A stretch of DNA of 63,430 nt, the filler included, from Welwitschia mirabilis (Eukaryota), in the NCBI GenBank assembly GCA_051453625.1. It is 6 parts of one record of this genome, joined end to end, with 100 filler letters (N's around TTAATTAATTAA, not from the genome) between each part and the next. Parts side by side here need not be neighbours in the genome. Positions count along the whole stretch, not along the records: positions 12,058 to 31,963 come from JBOZIK010000001.1; positions 32,064 to 40,771 come from JBOZIK010000001.1; 4 more parts are not named here. One strand, written 5' to 3'. Under the pieces are notes generated by a model. The model saw only the letters and a list, made by a program, of their open reading frames with translations. It was not told the origin of the DNA and searched no databases. The position numbers and the translations under genes are program-made. Below are positions 25,821-39,121 of the stretch, one piece after another. The first letter of the stretch is position 1; every line of letters begins with the position of its first letter.

Positions 25821-28079
25821 TGAGAGGATCGAGAACCCTAGAGGTGGGTGAATAGGTTTTTTAAAAATTAAAATAAGATGAATTGACAATTTAGGATATA
25901 TTAAAATCTTAGTTAAAATAATTTGCTAATAAAATTATTCATATGAAGAAAAACTAAACATATTCAAAGTAATCAAACTGACAGAAAGCATAAAATATTA
26001 AATAGATGTGCACACAGGGTTTTATAGTGGTTTGGAAAATCCCCTACTCTACTCTCGATGATTAGCTTATCCCCAAGCTTGATTTGGATCTTTGTTAACT
26101 CTTTCAGATATTGTAGGTTTACCTGTAATCTTTACAAATGGACTTTTGCATGCTAAGTCTTAACCTTCAGAGGATGTAGTAGTGAGGGTAAGAATGCCTT
26201 GATGCACAAATATCACTCATTGTTGATATAGTGGATTTGATGGAGCTCTTATCCTATAGATGTATAACATACAAATCAATAGATCTGACCTTGAATGTAG
26301 AGATAATATAGACAATAGTGATAGGATTGAGAACCTTCTCTCAAAAACTTAAGCTCAAAAATAAATTAAAGTTATCTAAACACCATTTGCATCTAAAAGT
26401 AACAAAATCAAGAATGTGCATATAAAAAATGAAAATCTGAATGTAAAGAATCAAAAGATAAAAAATCATAAACTACCAGTTTTGGATGCACATAGGATTT
26501 ATAGTGGTTCAGAAACTCCCCTACTTTACTCTCAATGATCAGCTTCTCCTAAGCTTAATCTTGGATATCTATTACTCTATAGGTTTTACCAGGTTTACCT
26601 ATAATCCTTACAAGCAGACTTTTACAGGCTAAGTCTCAACCTTAACACTAGACTTTTGTAGGATAAGTCTCAACTTTTAATAACAGAATTTTGTAGGCTA
26701 AGTCTTAACCTCTAAAAGTGGACTTTTATCGTCTAAGTCTCAACCTTTGAAATCAATAGATGTGACATAATGTAACCTTGGTAGCTCAGATATCACATGT
26801 TTAGTATCAGTACAATGAATGGAGATCTTCTCCAAATAGATCACAATGATAAGGCTCTTAGATCTGATTCTATGTGTAGTATTTTTGTCAAAGATAGATC
26901 TCCTTAATTAGATATGAGACAAATCAAGAATATGTCAATGAAAATACAACTTAATCTTTCAGATCCATAATGAATATGCTAATTTAAAATAGTACCTAAA
27001 AGATCTCTAGGTTAACTACTACCTAGCTATTTGTAATGGAGGGTTACTAGGATTTATTACAAATGAATTGCACCTTCAATGGTTATAAATGGCTAGGTAA
27101 CGGCTAGGTAATAGATATATAACATTTACAACTTTTATTTTTCTACACCATTTGGTCGATCCCACAAAAATCTAGNNNNNNNNNNNNNNNNNNNNNNNNN
27201 NNNNNNNNNNNNNNNNNNNNNNNNNNNNNNNNNNNNNNNNNNNNNNNNNNNNNNNNNNNNNNNNNNNNNNNNNNNNNNNNNNNNNNNNNNNNNNNNNNNN
27301 NNNNNNNNNNNNNNNNNNNNNNNNNNNNNNNNNNNNNNNNNNNNNNNNNNNNNNNNNNNNNNNNNNNNNNNNNNNNNNNNNNNNNNNNNNNNNNNNNNNN
27401 NNNNNNNNNNNNNNNNNNNNNNNNNNNNNNNNNNNNNNNNNNNNNNNNNNNNNNNNNNNNNNNNNNNNNNNNNNNNNNNNNNNNNNNNNNNNNNNNNNNN
27501 NNNNNNNNNNNNNNNNNNNNNNNNNNNNNNNNNNNNNNNNNNNNNNNNNNNNNNNNNNNNNNNNNNNNNNNNNNNNNNNNNNNNNNNNNNNNNNNNNNNN
27601 NNNNNNNNNNNNNNNNNNNNNNNNNNNNNNNNNNNNNNNNNNNNNNNNNNNNNNNNNNNNNNNNNNNNNNNNNNNNNNNNNNNNNNNNNNNNNNNNNNNN
27701 NNNNNNNNNNNNNNNNNNNNNNNNNNNNNNNNNNNNNNNNNNNNNNNNNNNNNNNNNNNNNNNNNNNNNNNNNNNNNNNNNNNNNNNNNNNNNNNNNNNN
27801 NNNNNNNNNNNNNNNNNNNNNNNNNNNNNNNNNNNNNNNNNNNNNNNNNNNNNNNNNNNNNNNNNNNNNNNNNNNNNNNNNNNNNNNNNNNNNNNNNNNN
27901 NNNNNNNNNNNNNNNNNNNNNNNNNNNNNNNNNNNNNNNNNNNNNNNNNNNNNNNNNNNNNNNNNNNNNNNNNNNNNNNNNNNNNNNNNNNNNNNNNNNN
28001 NNNNNNNNNNNNNNNNNNNNNNNNNNNNNNNNNNNNNNNNNNNNNNNNNNNNNNNNNNNNNNNNNNNNNNNNNNNNTCA

Positions 28080-28820
28080 CCAAACACTTTTAAGCATACA
28101 TTTAAAAATCAAAACCCCCCCTTACATCAAGGCAAATATACATTTAAGCAAAGAGTAAAATACAATTATTTCTCCTCATTTGACTAAAAAAAACATTTAA
28201 AAGCCCAATATCTTAATATCTTAAGAAAAAACTTTTGAAAGAACACTACCATTATCTTTTTCCCTTTGACATCAATGGTAAATAAATATAAAATTTAGAT
28301 AAATAGCAATAAATATCAATCATATTCTCTCCTCTTATGTTAATATTGATTGATAAGAAAAATTTTGAACCATATTTAGGCATTTTAAATAGACAAAATT
28401 TTTGTGCTTTTGAATGACACAAGTTTTGAATATGCACAAATTTAAGAAAATAGAATTTTACAAGAAATGATAATTAGAAATACTTATGAATTACACATTT
28501 AAATGATACCCTTTGAGAATACAATACCAAATGGTAATGGAAAAATATGATCAAAAAACATTCAATAATTAGATTTTCATAAAATTTTTTAACTTATTTC
28601 TAATTGGGATAATAATTTTAAATTTTTTTTAAATATATCAAGCTTAAAAATACCAAAATGATGTAAGAATTATGCTCAAACATAAGACTAGATTTTATTA
28701 ATAATACAAACCATTACAAAGTTTTAAACTAAGAAAGAAAGACAGAAGTCCTCATTAAGAGCATACATCTGAAAAATTACTAACAAGCATAAATCTCTCT
28801 TTTTGACAACAAAAGAAAAA
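28080..28820 (-). promoter_or_regulatory. Multiple-PPT array (Sirevirus hallmark)
   Basis: Repeated ctccccctttgacat-like tracts at ~28115, 28172, 28260, 28326, 28794; equivalents at 33583-33890 and 34553-35045. Confidence 0.7.
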
Positions 28821-28860
28821 GAGAAAATAATACAAATATGATCTGAAAGATAAAAAAGAT

Positions 28861-29866
28861 TTAATATACTTCTTCTTCTTCTTCTTTTTCTTCTTCTTTA
28901 GATTCCTCCTCTGAATCTTCATCATCTCCACCAGTACAAGCAGAGCTGGTACCTTTAGCTGAGGTATTCACAATATCATATCTAGCTGTAATAAGTGTTT
29001 CTTTCATATCTCATCTAGAGATGTTACTTTTGGGGTTTCAGAAGGGGATTTTTTCGAAGGAGCAAATATATGTATGCGAGCTAAAGTCACATGCCCAATG
29101 AGTGACAAAGGCTAAAGTATCTCCAAAAAAGGATGCAGATTAATATGAAAATGATGACATATTTTAGTGATAAGCACAATGTATGGTAGAGTCCTAGTTC
29201 TATGGTACTTTATTTATGAAGCCATATTTTTTAATATTAAGACAGGAGTAGAAATAGAATGCTCAGTTCCTACCAAATACATCAAATATTTCTTATAGCT
29301 AGAGGCTTTATTATGATGGATAGCTAAGGAAGAAAATTATAAGTAAAGATGAAAATGAATGAAGCAATATTTGGAAGTCAACAGAGAAGTAGATAAGGTA
29401 TGTTTCCAAGTATGCAGTTTACCATAAATCTCCCTGGTGACTACCAACTTATCTTCTATGGTATCTCTTATAGGCCAAAAATCCTTATAGTCTCCTCATG
29501 GAAGCTCAGTTAGCTTTGAAATAAGGCCTCCTATCACTCTTATCTTTTTATCCAAAATAAGGATTTCTAGAGTTCTAGTATCACAATTAAAAGAAGCATC
29601 TCAATAAAACATTCTAGTAAGAAAAGGATATACAGGACTTGAAACATCCAAGAAATGGTCTAGATCTTAATCTCTCAAGAGCTGAATGATATCTCTTAGT
29701 TCCTTAAGCTCAGATGTGGCTACTAACTGCTCCTGGCACATGGCTTTCTTCTCAAATGTTTTAGAGAACTTATCAATGGCTTCTTTAGATATTCTCTAGT
29801 AGAAGTAGGGAGGTTCCCTTGAAGCACCTTCTTTTGGACCTCTCCTAGAAGAGAGCTGGCTACCAT
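28861..29866 (-). pseudogene. Sirevirus env-like ORF (resembles plant Transposase_32/PF20167-type domain), acidic C-terminus
   Basis: VYPFLTRMFY*, RTLPYIVLITKICHHFHI; tail GGDDEDSEEESKEEEKEEEEVY*. Confidence 0.72.
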
Positions 29867-30211
29867 TCTAAGACTTTTGAAAGAAATAAGACTAAGAAAG
29901 TCACTGGATTTGGCTATAAATATCTCTTAATTTGGAAAGAAACTCACTAGATCTGAAGATTTTGAGGCATTAGAGTAAGATAAAATCAAGATAGGATTTA
30001 AGTTCTTTATAGATTAAGGAGAATAGGGCAGATTTGAGAAAGAAATCGGGTCCACCGACCGTACTTTCACACTATAATCCATCAGGGCCGGTTGACTGCT
30101 TGAACATCTAGTCAACCTGTCGAGATGTTAGTTTATAATACTAGAAGGGGTTCAGGTGATCGGGTTTTTAGTCAAATCAATGAATCACATCTAGTCAACT
30201 GAATCATAGAT

Positions 30212-31962
30212 CTAGTCGATTACCCTACAATCATCCAAGGGATGATGTACTAATCTCCAAATCACTTCTATGAAAGATAAGTTAATTACAAAACTGGAAT
30301 TTACATTAGATTTGACAAAATAACATTTAGTTTTATCATAATCTTTCCTAAAATGTTGATTTTCATTAATTGATTGATTAAGAGTTTTAACATCTAATCT
30401 ATAAGCATTATTAACACATTTTGCACTAAAGATAATAACATTTGTTTTCTCATTCTTAACTATAAATTTTGATTTATCAAAGATTATTCTATGCCCTTTA
30501 TCATAAAATTGACTAACACTTAGTAGATTATGTTGTAAACCATTTACATAAAGTACATTATCAAGATTAGATGATATACCTCCTTTGATGCTTCTCGTAC
30601 CTTCTATGTTTGCTATTTGGTTGTTTTCAAAAATGATTCCTCCTCCATTTATGCTCTTTAAGTTCTGAAAGCTTGATTTATCTCCTATAATATGCATTAA
30701 ATAACCACTATCTAGGTACTAACTATTTAAATGAGATTCTCTATAATTTATCTGTGTCATAAAAATTTAGATATTATTAGCTTTAATCCACTTAGTCTTA
30801 TTTAACTTAGGTGGTGTATCCTTCTTAGGAATGAATTTAAATGGTAAAGAATTTACATGTTTAGAAGTAAAGATCATATTTCTAACTTTGTAAAATAGTT
30901 TAGAATGACCAAATATATCACAAAAATTGCATAAGATATTAGACACATAGTTACTTGTTCAGTTTACCTATTTTCTTGATATTTGTATTCCAAAACCAAT
31001 ACCTAATTTTTATCTATTTTGCTTTTGTATTCTAAGCATCTCTTCCAGTTTAGATGAACTACTAGAAAACTTATTTACAAGAATGAAATATTATTTACCT
31101 GGGTAATTAACATAAAGTTATTGGCTTTGAGTATTTTGCACTTCTCTTCCACTTCCTCCTTTTCTTTTATAATGGTCTTTATCATTTTGTTCAACTCATT
31201 GATTCTCTTGGCGTGATTCTCACATTCTTCATATAACTCTTGATAGGTTTCTTCTAACTCATCTTCTTCTTCATCAATCATGTCTAAGTCATTTGACATT
31301 GAAGTACTAGGCACATTCTTGAGTGATAATACTAGAGCCATGAAAGATAGCCTCTTTTCTCTATTTGATCTGTGATCTAAGTAGTTTTCTTCATCCTCAC
31401 TATCTTTATTATTCCAAGTCACTATGAATGAGGTATTTTTAGGCTTCTTGCTTTTTTCTAGTATTGGAACATTCATTGGCCATATGTCTAAATCCTCTGC
31501 ATGAATAGTGCTGGATTTCCTTTTCCTTTTCTTGTTATTTTTTTTATTTTGAATTACTTCTCCTTGGATTCCTACTTGATTCTCTTTCTTTTTTCTTGTA
31601 GATAAATCTTTTGAAATGCCTAGCTAGAAGAGCCACTTCATTGTAATCGAGTTTATCATCTAACCTATCAGATCTATAATCCTCCTGCACACATTTCAAA
31701 GCAATACCTTTTTTTCTATCTTTAGTAAATTTAAGTTTATAGGTTTGAAGATTGAATTTCTTCTAGTGCCATTACACCGATTTTTTTGCTTTCTTCGATG
31801 GTTATTATCTTTGGTTCAAATCTCTTGGGTAAGGATCTCAATACTTTCCTTACCATCTTACTTTCTTCTATGCATTCTCTAAAGCTTGCCATTGATTTTA
31901 CTATATCGATAAGTCTAACAAAAAATTCCTACAAGGTTTATTCATCATTCATATGAATATCT
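30212..31962 (-). pseudogene. Copia gag (UBN2-like, zinc knuckles) and protease fused to the RNase H tail
   Basis: VRKVLRSLPKRFEPKIITIEEAK, *YLDSG, NVLYVNGLQHNLLSVSQFYDKGH; directly followed by HFRKDY..FVKS resembling the RH end. Confidence 0.85.
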
Positions 31963-32063
31963 TNNNNNNNNNNNNNNNNNNNNNNNNNNNNNNNNNNNNN
32001 NNNNNNNTTAATTAATTAANNNNNNNNNNNNNNNNNNNNNNNNNNNNNNNNNNNNNNNNNNNN
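31963..32063. other. Artificial contig spacer
   Basis: TTAATTAATTAA at 32008-32019 within Ns. Confidence 0.95.
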
Positions 32064-33582
32064 GAAAATACCACTTGATATTTCAAATCCACAATGAATA
32101 TACTATTTTAAAAAAGTGCTACAAGATCTCTAGGTCATCTATTTCCTATCTATTTATAATAGAGGATTACAAGGGTTTATTACAAATGAATTGCACTTCA
32201 ATGGCTATAAAAAACTAGAAAACAACTAGGTAATGTCTAGGTAATGGATACATAACATTTATAACTTTTTCTTTTTCGCACCGTTCGGTTGACCCCACAA
32301 AAATTTGGTCGACCCCATGAGAACTCGGTTGACCCTGTCCTGGGTCCAGTCAATCCCTTACCTTTCAGACTGGAACTATAGACTATTATCTTCACAGGTT
32401 TAACCAGCCCCATGAAAACCCAGTTGACCCCTTTCCTCTCAGTCTAGAACTATTGGTTCTTAAGATCACAGGTTGGTCGACCCTTTCAGAATCAAGTCGA
32501 TCCCTCTGGGTTCAGTTCATTTCTTTATGACTACTTCAGGTGTGGTTGATCCCTTTAGAATCTGGTCGATGCCTACTGGAGGTAAACATAACTGAACAAT
32601 TTTTTTCTATTACATTTTGGTCCAATTCTTTCACCTACAAAACTCAATCTCATCTACACACAATATGTAACAATTTGTAGTACATAAAAGAAATTAGTTT
32701 GATATTAATTGACAAATATAATCTAACAAATAGATCTTTCTTGGTCAGGAGTACAAATGCTAAGATTTGATAGTGAATATCATAAGATATCAGTACATTT
32801 TCATGAGTCTAATAAAATATTCTTTATTCATCTATCTCTTGGCTATTTATATGAAAAGGATGTTAGGGTTTATTGCATTTGAAAATGTGATTCCAATAGC
32901 AATAAATGCCTAGAAAATGACTATCTAACAGATTCATAATGTATACAAAATGGATAGAAAATTTTAGTTCTATTTTGTTTAGTTGACCCCTCAAAAGTTC
33001 AATCAACCTCATTTGGTACCATGACTTACATAGGTCACCTAAGTGAAATTTTCAGTCATCACAGTTTCTTATAGCTCCATGTTCGGTTGACCTCTCAAGG
33101 TCACATTGACCTTCATTTGATCATTCACCATTAAGTCTGGTCATTCACTAGTCTTAATAAAGATCTTTTTAATTTCTTGCATCAAGTCTGGTTGACCCCT
33201 TTAGGTATCTAGTTAACCCCATGACGATCAGCTCAAGAGTATTAGCTGCAAAGTACTCAGGTCTAGTTGATCCCTTTAATATTCTGGTCAAACCTTTAAT
33301 AATCAGTTTAGGGGTACTATTCATAGGTTTATAAATCTAATCAACCCCATCAGAAATCTAGTCAACTCATTTAAATTTAGTTTAATTTCTGAGTATTTGC
33401 TTTAAGTGCAGTCGACTCCTTGAAAGGGTAAATAAACTTTACAGGCTTTTAGTGATTAGAATTTGATGGTTTTGGCTTTATCTTTAAACTTGTAAGTGAT
33501 TAACATCTTCTACATAAGATACAAAAAATTTGCTACAAAGAAAACATTAGTTTGACATCAATTAGTAAAATATAATCTAACA

Positions 33583-34405
33583 ATCTCCCCTTTTTACATT
33601 GATAGCAAATAATACTTAGCTGTGATAATGTTTAGAACTTAAAAAAACTCCCTCTCATAAAATGCCTATTATTATTTAAAAAATATTATACCTTTTAAAG
33701 CCAAATTAATACATTTTGAATAGTTAAATTTTGTGTTAATAATAAGAACACTTTTAGAATACATGCATAATTTGCATAAACACAAAAGAATTTGTGATAC
33801 TAAATGAGAAAGATTTAGAATATAGAACCAAGTACATATTAATACTTCCAAGGGCATAAACAACTAATTCTGCCTCTTTTTTGATATCAATGATAAAGGT
33901 AAGAAAAAAATTTTATAAGTAAAACATAAATAAATAATCAAAACGAAAAGATGAAGTAGAGAATACAAAAGAAACTTGCATTCTACACTATTAGCTTTTA
34001 CTAATGGATCTACAAAACTGAAAGGGTCTAGACGATTAGGTTTTTAATCTGGTTGACTAACCACATCCAGTCAACTAAATCAAGGATCTAGTTAACCATC
34101 CTGTAATCATTCATATAATGGCAAGATAACCCTTAGTTCATTTCTGAGATGAAGAAACATATTACAATTTAGGAGTTTAGTAAAAATATCTACCAGTTAT
34201 TGGTCTGTACTCATAAAGTTCATATAGATGTGTCCTTTTTCGACTTAATCTATTAGAAAATGATGTCTTAGTTTAATATTTTTAGTTCTTAAGTGCTAAA
34301 CAGGATTTTTTGATATGTTTATAGCACTCATGTTATCACAGAAAATAGGGATTTGTTCAAAAATAATATCAAAATCCTTTAGCATTTCTTTCATCCATAA
34401 AATAT
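33583..34405 (-). pseudogene. Copia RNase H end plus PPT array adjoining the outer 3' LTR
   Basis: WMKEMLKDFDIIFEQIPIFCDNMSAINISKNPV; PPT AAAAAGGGGAGAT then TGTTAG at 33582; diverged paralog of 34553-35555. Confidence 0.85.
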
Positions 34406-35264
34406 NNNNNNNNNNNNNNNNNNNNNNNNNNNNNNNNNNNNNNNNNNNNNNNNNNNNNNNNNNNNNNNNNNNNNNNNNNNNNNNNNNNNNNNNNNNNNNN
34501 NNNNNTACAAAAAACATTAGTTTGACATTAATTGATAAAACATAATCTAATAATCTCCCCCTTTGATATTGATGGCAAATAATCCTTAGTTGTGAAAAAT
34601 TTAGGACATAGAAAATCTCCCCTTTACAAAATTCCTATTACAAAATATTACACCTTTTAAAACCAAGTTAAGAAATTTTAATTAATCAAATTTTATGCTT
34701 AAAATATAACAAATTTAATATGCACAATTGAAGGGTTAAGAGCATAAACTTTATAAAAAGCATAATGTGATTAATTATCACATATTAGAATTTATTTCCA
34801 ACATTAGAAGACTTTAAACTTTTAAGTTAAGCACATATGATACCAATAGTGAAACATGTTAAGCACATATGATTTACATAAGTACAAAAATATTTAAGAT
34901 ACCAATTAAAAACAATTTAGAGCATAAAAATGAAGTGCATATAAATTTCATAAAAGTGAAGTGCTCATCAAGAACATGCTACATTTGAAATCATAAGAAA
35001 ATTATTCAATAATAAACAACTAATTCTCCCCATTTTAACATCAATGACAAAGGAGAAAAAAAGTTTATAAGTAAAACATAAATATAGAAATAGAATTAAT
35101 ATATAAAAGTAAGGAATACAAACAAAACTTCCATCCTGCACTGTTAGTTTCTACTAAAACATCTACAGAACTGAGAGGGTCTGGGTGACCAAATTGTTAA
35201 TTTGGTTGACTAATCACATCTAGTGGATCAAATCAGGGATCCGATCGACCATCTTATAATCAAT

Positions 35265-38200
35265 CACTGGACAGTAAGATAACCCTCAGTTCATTTCTAA
35301 AATGAATATAAGTATCAAAATTGAGGGTTTTAGTGAAAATATCAGCTAATTATTGGTTTGTACTTACAAAGTTCATAGAGATATGTCCTTTTTTGACTTG
35401 GTCTCATAGGAAATAATGCTTAAGCTCAATATGCTAGATTCTTAAGTGATGAACAGGTTTTTTTTTATATGTTGATAACATTGGTATTATCACAGAAAAT
35501 AGAGACTTGTTTAAAAATAACACTGAAATCCTTTAGCATTTCTTTCATTCATAAAAGATGAGTGCAACAACTACCTACTGCAATATATTCTACTTTTATA
35601 GTAGAGAGATAAATAGATTTTGGTTTCTTACTTGCCTATCTACTAAACATGAATTTAATAGAAATAAATTTCCACTTGTACTCTTTCAATCATCTTTGCA
35701 ACCAGTCCAATCCACATCATGAAGACCTGCAAGTTCGAAAGATGTCTCAGTGGGATACTATAAGCCATAATTACATGTGCCTTTTACATACTTGATTATT
35801 CTTTTTACTGCTTATAGATGTAGTTTTTTTAGTTGGGATGGATACCTTGTACAAACTCAAATAGTAAACATATTATTTAGTCTACTTGCAGTCAAATATA
35901 ATAAGATACCGATCATACTTCTGTAAAGCTTTTGATCTACTGATTTACTATTATCATTCAAGCTTACTTTACATAATGTAAATATAGGATTGTTTATTGT
36001 TTTTGAATTTTCTAGTCCAAAACATTTGATTAATTATCTTACATATTTGGATTAAGAAATAAATATTCCATCTTTAGATTTCTTGATCTATAGTCCAAGA
36101 AACATTTTTACTTCACTAAACATATTCATTTCAAAATGTGTTGTTGTAATACTTGCAAATTCTTTTGTTAACTTTTCATTTGAGACACCAAAAATAATAT
36201 CATTTACATAAATATATATAATAATGAAATCCTTTTTCAAGTTCTTTACAAATAAAGTTTTGTTTATACTTCCATGAATATATCCATTTTTATTAAAAAG
36301 GTGGCTAGCTTCTCATACTAAGCTCTTGGAACTTGTTTCAGTCCATACAAAGCTTTATTAAATCTATACACATGATTAGTCTTATGAGGATCAATAAAAC
36401 CTTGTGGTTGCTCTACATAGACTTATTTATTTAAAGAACTATTTAGTAAAGCACTCTTTACATCCATTTGATAAATTTTAAAATTTTTAAAAGCTACAGA
36501 AGACAAAAACATTCTAATGCTGTCTAGCTTATAACAGAAGCAAAAGTATCACCTATATTAATGCCTTCTCTTTGATTATAGCTTTGTGATACTAATCTTG
36601 TCTTGTTTTTAATGATATTATTTTTTTATCATATTTGTTTTTAAAAATCCACTTGGTTCCAATGACATTTTTATCTTTTGGACTTTCTACTAGCTTCCAA
36701 ACATTATTTCTTTTTAACTATTGTAATTCATCTTGCATTGCCATCATTCAATCCTCATAAATTTTAGCTTCTTCAAATTTCTTGGATTCTATTTTTGAAA
36801 TATAACAAACATGAATAAAAAATTTTTTCATAGATCCTTTTGTCTTTATTTTTGAATTAATTTCTCCAATAATAGATTCTACAGAAGGATCTTTAAGTAA
36901 TTTGAGCTTTTTCGATGTGCCTTATTTTGCTAGAACTTCACTACTTCTAGTAGAACCTTCATTAGTTGTGAGAATACTTGTAGTTATGACTTCATATTCA
37001 TCTATTCATTTTGGTATTATGTCAATCTCATAAATTTTCATATTTATTAATTCTTCTACCATTAAAATGCTCTTGTTAAAAACACAATAGGCTCTACTTC
37101 GAGTTGAGTAACCTAAAAAGATAGCTTTATCTACTTTAGACTTGAATTTTCTTAAGTGTTCTCTATATTTTAGTACATAGCATTTACTTCAGAAGATTTT
37201 AAAATATGATACATTAGGTTATCTTACTTTCCATAACTCATGTGATGTTTTATCTATATTAGTCCTAAGATATACTCTGTTAATAATGTAGTATGCTGTG
37301 CTAACTGCCTCAGCCTAAAAATATTTAAGGACCTCCTTATTGTTTAGCATAGTTTGTGCCATTTCTTGGAGGAATCTATTATTTCTTTTAGCTATACCAT
37401 TTTATTATGGTGTTTTTGAGGCTAAAAATTAATGGTTAATTTCATTTTTAATGTAATATTTCTCAAAAAAATGATCTTCAAATTCACCACCATGATCACT
37501 TCTTATTTTATTTATGGTATACGCCTTTTTATTCTAAATCTTTTTTCATTTTTAAATCCAATGTTTGTAAGCTTTAGACTTATTCTATAAGAATGCTACC
37601 CAAGTATATCTAGAAAAAATGTTAATCATAGTGAGAAAATAACATTTTCCACCTAGACTTCGAGTTTGAATGGAACCTACCAGATCCATATGAATAAGCT
37701 CTAATGGAATAGATGTGAAAGGTTGGTTTTTACTTTTATGTGGAGTTCTAACTTGTTTTCCCTTGTGGCATGCATCACATAAGCTTTATTTATACCTTTC
37801 AAATGTTTTTATAAATAATCATTTTTAACTTATCATAATTAACATGATCTAATCATTTATTCCAAATCTCTTCTTGAGGAAAATTTAAAAAATAACATGG
37901 AGAAAACGATTGATCTATGATATATACGTTGTCTATTCTACTTGATTTAAGAATTACATTATTAAATTTTCCATACAAAATTTCACATTTTTATTTATCA
38001 AAGACTACCTTGTAACCTTTATTATAAATTTGACTGATGTCAACGAATTATTCTTTAAATCATTTAAATACAAAGCTTCATTAAGTCTAGGAAGGTTACC
38101 TCCACTAATGTTTTCAATGCCTTCTTTTTTTACTCTTCCATTATCACTGAAATTCACCTCTCCTCCATTAAAGTTACTTAGTTTCTTGAATCTGTATTTG

Positions 38201-38940
38201 TCTTCTATGATATCCCTTGAACACCCACTATCTAGATACTAGCTAGTACTATTTGAAATCTTGAAAGCTATTTAAATTAAAAGACTTTTAAGATCATTAG
38301 CTTTTACCCACATAGTTTTTTTAGACTTATGTGATATACCTCCTTTAGAAATAAATTTAAAAGTAAAATTACTAACTGAGTTTGATAAAAAAATTAATTT
38401 TTCTAGCATTGCACGAAAGTTTTGAATAATTAATTTTTCCATAGAAATGACAAGTAAATTTTGAGAAGAACTTACTATCCCACATTGCCTAATTTTATGC
38501 CTTTGAGGTTTTTAAGAGATGAACCCAATACCTAACTTATTACCAATAGGTTTTTAAACTCTAAGCATCTGTTCTAATTTGGAAGATCCACTAGAACATT
38601 TATTAATAAAAGGAAATAACTCTTTTACTTATAGAGTGAGGTTGAAGTTTTCTGATTTAATTCTTTTAAAACTTGATTCCATTTCCTTCTTTTCCTTGGT
38701 GAGAGATTTTACAATCTTATTTAGATCATTTATTCTTTTAGTTATCTTTTCACATTCTCAGTATAGCTCTTGAAAGTTGTCTACTAGTTCATCCTATTCT
38801 TCATCAATCACATTAAAGTCATCATGCTCTAATGTGTTAGGCATGTTTTGTAAAGGAGGCATAAGTGATATAAAGGAAAGTATCCTTTCTTTATAAAATT
38901 TTTAAGCTATTCTTTTATCAATTTCACTTGAATCCTTTGT
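35265..38940 (-). pseudogene. Copia polyprotein: Gag C-terminal part, protease, integrase, RT, RNase H
   Basis: *YLDSGCSR (38241), PLELIHMDLVGSIQTRSLGGKCYFL, IRSDHGGEF, MDVKSALLN, IYVNDIIFG, STIKVEYIAVGSCC, ADIFTK. Confidence 0.92.
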
Positions 38941-39107
38941 ATTTCCATTTTTTGTAAGTTGTTTGAAAATATATCCACATGATATCCAAAATATACAAAT
39001 AAAAGTATAGGTGTCTAGAAAGGGCATATTTAAAAAGTTAGTAATGAAATACTCATTGTAAGATTTTAAAGTATAGATCGGTTAAATATAAGAAAAGACT
39101 TAACCTT

Positions 39108-39119
39108 GCTCTGATACCA
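39108..39119 (-). promoter_or_regulatory. Primer-binding site, tRNA-iMet
   Basis: Minus strand reads TGGTATCAGAGC just inside the 5' LTR. Confidence 0.92.
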
Positions 39120-39121
39120 AA

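Larger units (their letters stand above)
26319..32728 (-). mobile_element. Non-autonomous Sirevirus-like element (gag-PR, env-like; no INT/RT/RH) nested in the outer 3' LTR
   Basis: Termini TGATAG…CTAACA with perfect TSD AATAG (26314-26318, 32729-32733); flanks rejoin to match 39590-39640. Confidence 0.9.

Noticed and set aside
26617..26745. Regular repeats superficially like a CRISPR array (also 56070-56410)
   Set aside because: Tandem units without unique spacers, inside eukaryotic LTRs, and no cas genes.
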